DNA of 58,969 nt from Anaerolineales bacterium (GTDB lineage: Bacteria > Chloroflexota > Anaerolineae > Anaerolineales > E44-bin32). The stretch lies in NCBI GenBank assembly GCA_046759305.1, contig JBHIBY010000003.1, positions 1 through 58,969 of the forward strand, in the 5' to 3' direction. The translations under genes and the position numbers were made by a program. Of this stretch, positions 9,201 through 17,663 are shown one piece after another (the first letter of the stretch is position 1; every line of letters begins with the position of its first letter). The notes beneath the pieces are model-generated. The model had not been told where the DNA came from, made no database searches, and was given only the letters and a program-made list of their open reading frames with translations.

Positions 9201-11211
9201 GACTGACGAGCGCAGAATCCAGCTCGGAGTCTTTGACACCTGATCTGATTGCGATGCGAGCGGAGTGGAAATAAGCTTCTGCAGGGGCTGTCGAGGGCAG
9301 AGGACGGATTACTTGGGCCGCTTGAGCCAGGTCTCCTTGCCGCTCGAATGCCTTTGCCAATGCTAGACCTACCCGCCAGCTAAGAGGTTGTCTCAACGCC
9401 AACCGGCGCAAGATTTCAAACGCTTGATCTGCGTGCCCAAGCTCGCTGAGCAGCTCGGCGTACTCCAGCCCAGCTTCCACATTTGTGTTATCCAACTCCC
9501 ATGCGGCGGATGAAACATCCAAGGCTTCACTGACTCTTCCCTGCTCGCGCAAATGCCTTGCCAGCGAAAGGCGAATGCTAGGATTTTTCGGATTGGCCTG
9601 AATTCCTTCAGTCAGCGTGTCGTACGCTTCAGCGCTACTTCCACGTTCGGTATGAACCGCGGCAAGCGCCTCGTAAGCGCGGATCTCAGAGGGTGACCTT
9701 CTAACTGCCTCTCTATACTTGGATACGGCGCCTTGGTGATCGCCGGTTCGATCAAGCAGCTGCCCTTCCAAGAATGATTTGCTCGAACTCGCCGGTAGCT
9801 CGTCCGTGATGTTCGACGCCATTTCGAGATCGCCCGCTGCAATGGCATATTGGGCAAACTCGCTACTGTCCTTGGCCGACAGCTGATGCATATGCTCGAG
9901 GGCCTTTGTGTGATGGCCAATCTGGTGTTGAATCTCGGCCAGGAGCTTGCGTGCTGCCTCGTAATCTGGATGGAGCGCTATACCGATCGCAGCAAATTCT
10001 TCCGCTTCCTCGGCATCGCCAGCCTCAAACAATGCTCGTGCCAGACTCACATACGCTTCCATGCTGGCCGGATGATGTGAGACGCGCATACGAGCGGCCC
10101 TAACAGCAGCCGCCCAATCGTTAGCACTTGTTAAACCCTCGGTCAGTAGTGCGAGCCATTCTTCATCCAGGGGATCGCTGATTGAGTCCAGCGCGCCGTT
10201 TAGCATGACTCGAGAATCGCCGCTCTGGGATTGAGCCAAGCCAGCTGCGATCTGTTCCTCAACTGTCGGATCAGTGCCGGAGACAAGCGAGAGACTTTCG
10301 CCCTGGCGGTCCAGGCTGATCAAGCTCAACGCTGTACGTGCTCGCCGAACCGGCGTAGGAATGATTTCTAAAGCTCGGCGATTAGCCTCGAGTTCCGTGA
10401 CCACGTCTCCTGAATCCCGTGCCTGATCGGCAGTGATATCGGCGATCCGGGCCGCAGTTTCCGATGCCGTTTCCCAAGCCTTATTAAGTGAACTGCGCGC
10501 GGCGCTGGGTTCGCCATTGAATTGGCGTTCCACAGCCTCAATCAATAGGTTTGATACCCTGTCGGATCCACCATTGGCTGAAAATGAGAGCGAGCGAGCC
10601 AGCTCCGTTTCGCGATTGCGAGAGATCTGCTGCAGCAACTTTCCCGTAGAGCCATTTGCATTACGAGTGAGCAATGCAGCCGCTTCACTAGCCGAGACAT
10701 TGGCGAGTGCAATCTGAATGGCAAAGTTGGACATATTTTGATCCAGCAGATTGCTAATGAGCTGTTCTGGATTCTCAAGGTTGGTCCAGATGATCGCGAT
10801 CGGAGATCTCCAGGTGGCTGCAGATTCCGACACGCGTTCGATGAGCAGCTCGGGATCATCGTCGTAGCGTCGCCCGAACTCGACACCCAACAGCGCTGTG
10901 TCGAGCAGATCACGCCGGATTAAGACACCGACAGCTGCCTCGTCCCAGACCTGACGGGCACGCGCCCCATGCGCCTCGGCAATACTCCGGTTCATTTCAG
11001 AGTGGAGACTTCCACCCAGGGCAAGCGAGGCAAGATGTGACGACGTCAAGTGGGCAGGCGGATTTGACGCGGTGACTTCGTCCAGAAAGGCGGGAATGTG
11101 CAGCGCGGCCCACGCCTCCGGAACGCGGAGCAGGCGTTTGAGAGCAGCCGCGAGCTGGTCCCGGTCTAGGTGCGCTTGGAGCGCGACCAGGACTTCTTGG
11201 TCCGTGTGCAT
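6259..11211 (-). CDS. Giant tetratricopeptide-repeat protein (1650 aa)
   Basis: Numerous A...Y..A...P TPR repeats along most of the ORF; stop overlaps the protease start. Confidence 0.85.
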   Translation of the reverse strand: MHTDQEVLVALQAHLDRDQLAAALKRLLRVPEAWAALHIPAFLDEVTASNPPAHLTSSHLASLALGGSLHSEMNRSIAEAHGARARQVWDEAAVGVLIRRDLLDTALLGVEFGRRYDDDPELLIERVSESAATWRSPIAIIWTNLENPEQLISNLLDQNMSNFAIQIALANVSASEAAALLTRNANGSTGKLLQQISRNRETELARSLSFSANGGSDRVSNLLIEAVERQFNGEPSAARSSLNKAWETASETAARIADITADQARDSGDVVTELEANRRALEIIPTPVRRARTALSLISLDRQGESLSLVSGTDPTVEEQIAAGLAQSQSGDSRVMLNGALDSISDPLDEEWLALLTEGLTSANDWAAAVRAARMRVSHHPASMEAYVSLARALFEAGDAEEAEEFAAIGIALHPDYEAARKLLAEIQHQIGHHTKALEHMHQLSAKDSSEFAQYAIAAGDLEMASNITDELPASSSKSFLEGQLLDRTGDHQGAVSKYREAVRRSPSEIRAYEALAAVHTERGSSAEAYDTLTEGIQANPKNPSIRLSLARHLREQGRVSEALDVSSAAWELDNTNVEAGLEYAELLSELGHADQAFEILRRLALRQPLSWRVGLALAKAFERQGDLAQAAQVIRPLPSTAPAEAYFHSARIAIRSGVKDSELDSALVSLEIAEQGGWANPSTSYWFGRAYEQAERYDEALARYKQALESNEYELREKAILGSARSALGMNQISIALAILEDAQAHYPRSARILAAMSDVYLFANLPDKALEVAEQAVELDPDDSRAWHALGDSLANSGDFRGAIKAVERLSALDPRAAEGWLTLARLASEAQDQRVVRRSVAEALWRGRRNPKVLQDTAQFLEHRGDLHSAIRVMKAATRTRPDDPQLLGVLASIQEAAADYQGAYKSWQANTGLAPSEPEPLRRSAACAQLLGLGSQSVNQLEKAVAIEPGNPWLRRDLARAHLEQGQVREGLLAYAGAVKAAGNDSSLAYEAAETALISGEPRNALGLLRSTLADSGRGKAAIGEAFLLLDKRDLATSSLSEAIELGYETPRSFAMLAVATSDRSRTMEFLERARIIQIESAHDAIWVARAEMGLFNAQQAVAALVGWDADPFAAMEQVRVSLRARDMLSLFSLSDAVSELQIDDLTSSVRSAMEALQKRNLEDPAFGPWLRVEEAPAELLDFIGSDPMGWIGEAITVALLKANGLTAASDTLAQVELVRAEAEWSSILKGMIHELAGQQEEARSAYRSGISSTPIASYLLGRAYERSESLERAATHMGAAVLEAPHQHRWQHRLASVYVQMGDEDSALAHFQEAVSSAPENSDYLLSLASAYASSGHLNQALEGYTAALAYGSDSFTAHREAGQVALHLEAYDQASTWFERAITLAPSDIDSLIGSAKASMALGNRQQADERLMSATQQAPDDARVLLGAGYVRAGSGDYEAALSAFEKALQAGADPIDVRRGESMVLIRQGKHDQASEAMEEVLNSDPDDHRLWHELAETLEAGLDLSSAEKAIGEAIRISPVNPEYRLGLGRISRKSGNLDRAVEELRKAENADPDDARIPVEAGLVYEDRREYPRALDSYLKAVEIDPNSLQAHYRAGLLLRTLKAYRKAGEMLKRAAELAPANQEVMHQLAAARALELVHG

Positions 11212-11223
11212 GCGGACCCCGGT

Positions 11224-11553
11224 TTAGATAACTTGGACCTGATCGACGACCCAGTATGAGGCCGCGATCATCCCACTGCCCAACATGATCAGAAACAAGC
11301 CGGCCCCGCTGGCAGTCTTCACTAACGAGTTCAGCGCACCTACTAACTCAGAGGCGCTGTTGACCAGGCCGGTGACTTCTTCTGCCATTCCTTTGCGGCC
11401 CAGGCGGGCTGAATGCGTAGCCAAGGCACGAATCTCCTTGGAGTAGCCCCGACTTACTAGGACGAATATTCCAAGCAGTACGCACATGCAACCCAAGACA
11501 AATACGGTTGCCGCGATGATCATTTGCATATCAATGGTTGAAAGAGGAATCAT
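11224..11553 (-). CDS. Two-TM small membrane protein (~109 aa)
   Basis: GGAGG RBS before ATG at 11553, downstream of the sigma54 promoter; two hydrophobic helices. Confidence 0.75.
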   Translation of the reverse strand: MIPLSTIDMQMIIAATVFVLGCMCVLLGIFVLVSRGYSKEIRALATHSARLGRKGMAEEVTGLVNSASELVGALNSLVKTASGAGLFLIMLGSGMIAASYWVVDQVQVI

Positions 11554-11588
11554 GTCTGCCTCCAGAAAAGGGATCTGAAGGCCATAGG

Positions 11589-11604
11589 TGCAATGATCGT
11601 GCCA
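11589..11604 (-). promoter_or_regulatory. sigma54 -24/-12 promoter for the membrane protein/TPR/protease operon
   Basis: Minus strand TGGCAC-GATCA-TTGCA. Confidence 0.85.
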
Positions 11605-11653
11605 GGCACGGCATGACCATCGTTCACGCACCATCATGAGCAGGAACGCTAAG

Positions 11654-12832
11654 TTATGAGGAAATTAGGTCTTGGAATTCGGGGGAGAGGTGACCAAGAT
11701 CGATTTCTTCGTCATCGCAGAAAAGCATGGCTCGTTCGATGACGTGACGTAGTTCCCGCATATTGCCTGGCCAATCGTGGGCTATGAGAGCTTCGATCGC
11801 GCGTGGAGTGATGCCAGTCACTGGATTACCGGTGCGCAGACTCTCCTGACGAATGAAAGACCCCGCCAATGCAGGGATGTCACCTTTGCGCTCGCGCAAA
11901 GGCGGCAAGTGAAGGTCGACCACCTTCAAACGGTAGTAGAGGTCCTCTCGAAAGCTGCCGTCTTTCATCATCAAAGGCAAATCTCGGTTGGAGGCGGCGA
12001 TGATCTGAACATCGACGTTGATCTCATTCACCCCGCCGATCCGGCGAAACTTCCGCTCGTCGAGAACACGCAATAGCTTGGCCTGCATATCCGGCTTAGT
12101 AGAGGAGATTTCATCCAGAAACAGGATTCCGTCATCTGCGACTTCCATTAGCCCAGGCTTGCGCTTGGTGGCACCCGTAAATGCTCCCGCTTCATGGCCG
12201 AAGAGCTCGGTTTCAATCATGGTGTCGGGTAGCGCCGCGCAATTGATGGGCACAAATGGCTTTTCGGCTCTCGGTCCTGAGACCCGAATCACGTTAGCCA
12301 TGATCTCTTTACCGGTCCCGGTCTCTCCTGTGATGAGAACCGAGACAGACGCTGCAGCAGCGCGCTCTGCTTCGTCCGCAATACGAGCCATCTCCGGAGT
12401 ATCTCCCACGATCCACTCGTACTGATTCTGAGAGGATTTTCGGAGCAAGGTGAGTTCACGCCGCATAGAGACGACTTCGCTCGCTCGTTCGATCGCGCCG
12501 ATAAGTTGCTCTAGATCTAGAGGCTTCTGAAGGAAATCTTGAGCACCTTGCTTCATGGCCTGAACCGCGATATCGACCTCGCCAAAGGCCGTCATGAGAA
12601 TCACGGGCGGGCTGGGGTTTTCCCGTTCAATTTGCTCTAGGAGCGAAAGCCCGGATCCATCGGGTAGCACAACGTCTAATAGGACAATGTCAGCTGCCCC
12701 TGTCTCGATGGCTTGCTGTGCCTGTGCCAAGTCGCCAGCTTCAATTGCTTCGTAGCCCGCGTCGCTGAGCGCCTCATTGACAAAGCTGCGGGCTGTGTCT
12801 TCGTCGTCAACGATAAGAACCGTTAGGCTCAT
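11654..12832 (-). CDS. sigma54-dependent response regulator (REC plus AAA+), lacking the C-terminal HTH
   Basis: REC (LIVDD, LLDVV), Walker A GETGTGKE, GAFTGA, LFLDEI, WPGNMREL; ORF ends about 30 aa later. Confidence 0.93.
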   Translation of the reverse strand: MSLTVLIVDDEDTARSFVNEALSDAGYEAIEAGDLAQAQQAIETGAADIVLLDVVLPDGSGLSLLEQIERENPSPPVILMTAFGEVDIAVQAMKQGAQDFLQKPLDLEQLIGAIERASEVVSMRRELTLLRKSSQNQYEWIVGDTPEMARIADEAERAAAASVSVLITGETGTGKEIMANVIRVSGPRAEKPFVPINCAALPDTMIETELFGHEAGAFTGATKRKPGLMEVADDGILFLDEISSTKPDMQAKLLRVLDERKFRRIGGVNEINVDVQIIAASNRDLPLMMKDGSFREDLYYRLKVVDLHLPPLRERKGDIPALAGSFIRQESLRTGNPVTGITPRAIEALIAHDWPGNMRELRHVIERAMLFCDDEEIDLGHLSPEFQDLISS

Positions 12833-14763
12833 GCTGATTGTGCGATTGGGAGCTGCAGCGTGAAAACGGTGCCCGCATCAGGATAGCTCTCCACCGAGAT
12901 GTTTCCCTGGTGTGCGTTCAAAATGCGCCGACTGATAGCGAGCCCGAGTCCCGTTCCGGTTTTCTTAGTAGTGAAGAACGGATCAAAAACGCGGTCCAGT
13001 TGATCCTGCTGTATCCCCGGCCCTGTATCTGCAATTTTCAGTTCCAGATCCTTCGGCCCGATGGGCGAGACGCTGATAGAAAGCGTGCCGCCTTCCGGCA
13101 TAGCCTGGATGGCGTTGGTGAGGAGATTGACGATAACCTGTTCCAGAGTCCGCTCGTCTGCGATAACGGGCGACATCTGTGGGGCGAAGTTCTTATGAGT
13201 ACGAACCTTAGCTAAGGACAGACGTGGTTCCCATCGGGTGAGGATCCGCTCTAAGAAGTCTGAGAGGTCTATCGATGCGAACTTGAGCTCCAATGGACGT
13301 GCGAAGAAAAGTACGTCTTCCATCAACTGGTCCAGCCGACTGCATTCGCTACGCACTCGCTCAATCGATTCGTATTGCGGATGCTCGCTTCCCAATCGGG
13401 ATGCAACAAGCTGCAATCCAGTGCTGATGTTGTTGATCGGATTTCGTACCTCATGCGCAAAGATCGCCGCGACCTCGCCTAGCAGGGCACGCTGTGCAAG
13501 CGTTTCGCTCTGATCTTCGATCGCCTTTTGCTCCGACTGATCACTTAGCACAAGCACGACCCGGGTCGGCGCTGCATCCTCCTGAGGTACGGCTCTCACA
13601 TTTACTGGAAAGGGCGTGCCATCTCGCCTGTGAAGCGTCACATGAGCTCGATCAGCCTGGCGCTGATGCCCCAGAACGTCCAGAAGAGTGGTCATTATGT
13701 CCGAAGGTCCTACCAAAACCTCCTGGATCTCCATTCCAATCAGCTGGTTGTCTGGGTAACCCAGCATTCGGGACGCAGCTTGATTGGCTCGTAGGACTCT
13801 TAATTTCGAGTCGAGTGCAAGGACCGCGTCGTTCACCGCCTCGAACTGAAGCTCTTGCTCCTGCTTACTGTGCTCTAGCGCATCATCCAGCTCCGTAACA
13901 ACCTCTCGCTGCATATTCATCAGGATACGGGCGTGGCTGAGATTGGCCAAAATCTCCATGAGACCGATGGCGTCTGATGGTACGTCTTGAAGCTCGCGCC
14001 ATCCGACGACAAGCAGCCCTACCCAGGCACTGGACGTCCCTAGCGGGGAAGTCCGCAAAGCCTTCAACCCTAAGGACCGAGCTGACCGCTGAAGCGGGTG
14101 ATCGGGCCGAGTGCCAATGGACCATTGGCTTGGGCGATCCAAAGGATCGAGGTCGGTGGTGGGCAGGGAGGCGGGAAAACCATCGGGTAGATGGCCCTCG
14201 AGCTCATATTCCGGACCGACCGATGAGACTCGATAGACGCCGACCGCCGCAGCAGAAAGGAGTTTTCCAGCTAGCTGGATGATATCGGCTAGCGCACTTG
14301 GCGTCGATTCGAGCAGCACCTCTGTGATCTCGATCAGCGTCGCCAACTGTTCCTTTTCCGAAAGCGATCGTTGTTCATCGCGCAAACGGTCGGATGTTGC
14401 TCCGACCCGTAGCAAGATTGCCTGCGGCGGGCTGCCTACCGGAAAGGCGAGGATATCGACCAGGAGCTGTTCGCCGTCGCGAGTAACGGCTGGCACCGAA
14501 TTTATTTTGCCCTCGCTCGAGGCCTTCGCGCGTGCAAGAGCCACCACACCTTCATCGCTAAAAAAGAAGTCGGAAGGAGCAACGGCCTCCAGCTCGTTTC
14601 GGGTGAATCCGCTCAACAGAAGAAATGCGTGGTTTGCGGCAAGAATCGTACGCGCCTCGCCGTCGATAACCAGAACTGCCTCGCTTAGCGAATCAGCGAG
14701 GGCTGCGAATAACTCTTTATGGGGTTGAGGTCTGAGCAATCTCGTAATTGGGTTCGTTGTCAA
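12829..14763 (-). CDS. Cytoplasmic PAS-(GAF-like)-PAS sensor histidine kinase
   Basis: Two PAS segments, H-box AHEVRNP, N-box NLLTNA, DTGPG, FFTTK, GTGLGL; no TM segment. Confidence 0.92.
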   Translation of the reverse strand: MTTNPITRLLRPQPHKELFAALADSLSEAVLVIDGEARTILAANHAFLLLSGFTRNELEAVAPSDFFFSDEGVVALARAKASSEGKINSVPAVTRDGEQLLVDILAFPVGSPPQAILLRVGATSDRLRDEQRSLSEKEQLATLIEITEVLLESTPSALADIIQLAGKLLSAAAVGVYRVSSVGPEYELEGHLPDGFPASLPTTDLDPLDRPSQWSIGTRPDHPLQRSARSLGLKALRTSPLGTSSAWVGLLVVGWRELQDVPSDAIGLMEILANLSHARILMNMQREVVTELDDALEHSKQEQELQFEAVNDAVLALDSKLRVLRANQAASRMLGYPDNQLIGMEIQEVLVGPSDIMTTLLDVLGHQRQADRAHVTLHRRDGTPFPVNVRAVPQEDAAPTRVVLVLSDQSEQKAIEDQSETLAQRALLGEVAAIFAHEVRNPINNISTGLQLVASRLGSEHPQYESIERVRSECSRLDQLMEDVLFFARPLELKFASIDLSDFLERILTRWEPRLSLAKVRTHKNFAPQMSPVIADERTLEQVIVNLLTNAIQAMPEGGTLSISVSPIGPKDLELKIADTGPGIQQDQLDRVFDPFFTTKKTGTGLGLAISRRILNAHQGNISVESYPDAGTVFTLQLPIAQSA

Positions 14764-14775
14764 ACGCTACCCTCG

Positions 14776-16161
14776 CTATGCTGTAGCAGCCTGCGTTTTC
14801 CGCAGTCTGGCAGGGAGGATCCCCTCCATCGTTCGATATTTCGCTACCGTTCGCCGGGCAATTTTGACTCCTTGTCGGCGAAGGAGGTCAGCAATTTGAT
14901 CATCGGTGAGTGGTTTCTTCTCAGATTTCACGATTTCCTTGATTCGATCCCGAACCGATAGGCTTCTATCGAAGAACCGGGCCAGCGGAATGATGCGACC
15001 ATCTGGCAGCGCTACACCTTTATTTGCGACTGCACGGGACACCGTCGATTCATGTACTTCAAGCTTTTCGGCCAATTTTGCGCGGGTCATTGGCTCCAAA
15101 TAGCGGTCCCCATTCAATATAAATTCGCGCTGTTGCTCTACCAAGTTTTCCATCAGCCTGCGCATAGTATTGTTGCGCTGTTGCAGACATTTGACAAATA
15201 GGGAAGCACGTTCCAAATGCTTCTTCCACTCTTCTGAGTGGTTCTCATCAGCATCTGCTAGGGCTTTCCTGAATTGTGGATTAACTCGAAGCCAACCAGG
15301 CATCGAGGAAAAGATCTCAACGATGAGCGGGCCCCTCGATCGCTGAGTGATTTGGATATCCGGGGAATGGTAGACATTTGGATCGGCGCCGTTGGGCGAG
15401 CGCCCGGAACCCCAGAATACTCGAGCAGGATAAGGGTTCAATTTTTCCTGAATAAAGGTGGCTGCTTTTCGGACCTTCGAAACGGGCACTTCAATCTCAT
15501 TGGCGATCGTGTCAAAGCCGCGCCGCGCCAATCGCTCGAATTCAGTTTCCAGCATCTTCCGGGAAAGAATTACCAGCGGGTCGTCCGCTCGCATCAGATC
15601 GAGCTGGGCGAGCAGCGCTTCCCGCGGACCGGATGTGCCAAGGCCCGGAGGGTCAACGTGCGAGATCAGGTCGATGACGCCGTGGACTTGCTCCATCGGC
15701 GCTCGAAGTTCTCGAGCAATGAGAACTGGGGCATCCGCAAGAAATCCGTCGTCGTCAAGGCTGGAGAGTATGTATGCCGCAATTGGGCGATCTTCCACAG
15801 CCAATTCCGCGGCTAGTTGCTCAAGTACATGGATGGCGAGGCTCTCAGGCGCGGCTGGCTCAAGTTCTTCAGTATCGTCCTCAAATCGCGGAGTGCCGCC
15901 AGCCTCGCGTGGCGAGATGAAGACTACAGAGTCATCATCCGCATGCGGGGAGCTGCACCTGGGGCATGGGCCGTGCGCTGGGAGCCGTTTCTTGCATGTC
16001 GGGCACACCAGATCATCGAGCAGTTCCAGTGCGGGATTCTCGGCAAGTTCCTCAAGCACTTTGTCCTGTAGCTCCTGATTGGAGAGCGCCAGCAGGCTCA
16101 TGGTCTGGGCTAAGTGGGCGGTTGCGACGTGCCGTAGCGATTGATCTTGTATCTGAAGCAT
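14776..16161 (-). CDS. rpoN: RNA polymerase sigma-54 factor
   Basis: ENPALE region I/II, HESTVSRA HTH, RpoN box ARRTVAKYR. Confidence 0.96.
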   Translation of the reverse strand: MLQIQDQSLRHVATAHLAQTMSLLALSNQELQDKVLEELAENPALELLDDLVCPTCKKRLPAHGPCPRCSSPHADDDSVVFISPREAGGTPRFEDDTEELEPAAPESLAIHVLEQLAAELAVEDRPIAAYILSSLDDDGFLADAPVLIARELRAPMEQVHGVIDLISHVDPPGLGTSGPREALLAQLDLMRADDPLVILSRKMLETEFERLARRGFDTIANEIEVPVSKVRKAATFIQEKLNPYPARVFWGSGRSPNGADPNVYHSPDIQITQRSRGPLIVEIFSSMPGWLRVNPQFRKALADADENHSEEWKKHLERASLFVKCLQQRNNTMRRLMENLVEQQREFILNGDRYLEPMTRAKLAEKLEVHESTVSRAVANKGVALPDGRIIPLARFFDRSLSVRDRIKEIVKSEKKPLTDDQIADLLRRQGVKIARRTVAKYRTMEGILPARLRKTQAATA

Positions 16162-16195
16162 ATCGGTGCCTCAAGCGGGGAAGTATACAGCTATG

Positions 16196-16211
16196 TGCAA
16201 GAAGCGTGCCA
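16196..16211 (-). promoter_or_regulatory. sigma54 -24/-12 promoter upstream of rpoN
   Basis: Minus strand TGGCAC-GCTTC-TTGCA, 34 bp upstream of the rpoN ATG. Confidence 0.85.
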
Positions 16212-16236
16212 CCACACAGGGTGATAGAATGCCGCC

Positions 16237-17604
16237 GTGCATGAACTGACGGTTATCGGTGGGGGGCTAGCGGGATCGGAAGCGGCTTGGCAGCTCGCAG
16301 AGCGTGGACAAGACGTGCGGCTCTTCGAGATGCGCCCCGGCCTCAGCACAGGTGCACACGCCACTGAGCAGCTTGCAGAATTGGTCTGCTCGAATTCATT
16401 GGGTTCTCAGCTTCCAGATCGAGCACCGGGGGTTTTGCTCGCCGAACTGGAGCATTTGGGTTCGATGCTTATCGAGTGTGCAAGAGCCTGCGAAGTTCCA
16501 GCAGGGGGCGCTTTAGCCGTTGATCGATCCGCCTTCGCAAATGGCGTAACCGAAAGGCTCGAACAGCATCCCCGAATCGAAGTCATTCGAGAAGAGAGGC
16601 GTACTGTGCCCGAAGGCATCGTCGTGATCGCAACTGGCCCGCTGACTTCGCCCTCTATGTCCGCCGAACTGACCCGGATCAGTGGGGAGGAGTATCTGTA
16701 CTTCTTCGATGCTATATCGCCAATTGTCGAAGCTGACAGCATCGACTTTAAGCTCGCCTTTCGAGCATCCCGGTATGGGCGGGGAGTCAATGAAGTGGGG
16801 GACTACATCAATTGCCCCATGAGCGAGGACGAATACTTTAACTTTGTACACGCCCTCTTATCCGCCGAGCGCATCCCACTGCGATCATTCGAAAACGAAA
16901 TCTCGGCTGGCGTGCGTGCTGGAATGCACCAGTACTTCGAGTCGTGTCTCCCGGTGGAAATCCTGGCAGAGCGAGGGGAATTGTCCCTGGCGTACGGGCC
17001 GTTGCGCCCAGTCGGCTTAATAGACCCCAGAACAGGCTACAGACCGTTCGCTGTCGTCCAGCTCCGCCAAGACGACCTGGCAGGGGATCTGTACAACCTG
17101 GTGGGTTTCCAGACCAACCTGCGATACGCTGATCAACGCCGCGTCTTGCGCATGATCCCTGGACTGAAGTATGCGCAATTTGCTCGCTATGGTCAGATGC
17201 ATCGGAATACATTCATGAATTCGCCCGGGGTCTTGCTCCCAACGCTTCAATTCCGTAGCAGGGAGGAGCTGTTTTTTGCCGGGCAGATCACCGGCGTCGA
17301 GGGATACATGGGCAATATCGCGACCGGCTTGCTAGCTGGAGTCAACGCTGCGCGATTAGCCAATAGCGCCGTGCCTTTGGAGATGCCGGCGGAAACGATG
17401 CTTGGCGCTTTATGTCATTACATCACTCATGCCGATGCCAAGAATTTCCAGCCCATGAAGGCCAACTTCGGAATCATGCCTTCCCTGCCTCTAGGGAAAC
17501 GATTGAACCGACGTCAACGTGCTCAGGCGTATGCCGAACGCTCGAAGCTGGTTCTCGCTGAGTATTGGCCCGCGCAAAGGGAGCCACAGCGATTACCTAG
17601 GTAG
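16237..17604 (+). CDS. trmFO: Methylenetetrahydrofolate--tRNA-(uracil-54) methyltransferase TrmFO
   Basis: GGGLAGSEAAWQ, ELVCSNS, VGFQTNL, FAGQITGVEGY, FQPMKANFG. Confidence 0.95.
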   Translation: MHELTVIGGGLAGSEAAWQLAERGQDVRLFEMRPGLSTGAHATEQLAELVCSNSLGSQLPDRAPGVLLAELEHLGSMLIECARACEVPAGGALAVDRSAFANGVTERLEQHPRIEVIREERRTVPEGIVVIATGPLTSPSMSAELTRISGEEYLYFFDAISPIVEADSIDFKLAFRASRYGRGVNEVGDYINCPMSEDEYFNFVHALLSAERIPLRSFENEISAGVRAGMHQYFESCLPVEILAERGELSLAYGPLRPVGLIDPRTGYRPFAVVQLRQDDLAGDLYNLVGFQTNLRYADQRRVLRMIPGLKYAQFARYGQMHRNTFMNSPGVLLPTLQFRSREELFFAGQITGVEGYMGNIATGLLAGVNAARLANSAVPLEMPAETMLGALCHYITHADAKNFQPMKANFGIMPSLPLGKRLNRRQRAQAYAERSKLVLAEYWPAQREPQRLPR

Positions 17605-17663
17605 CTGGTTTCAGCTTCTCCCAAGGAGCGGTCCGCAAGCGGCGCTCCAGCTATAATGGCGCC

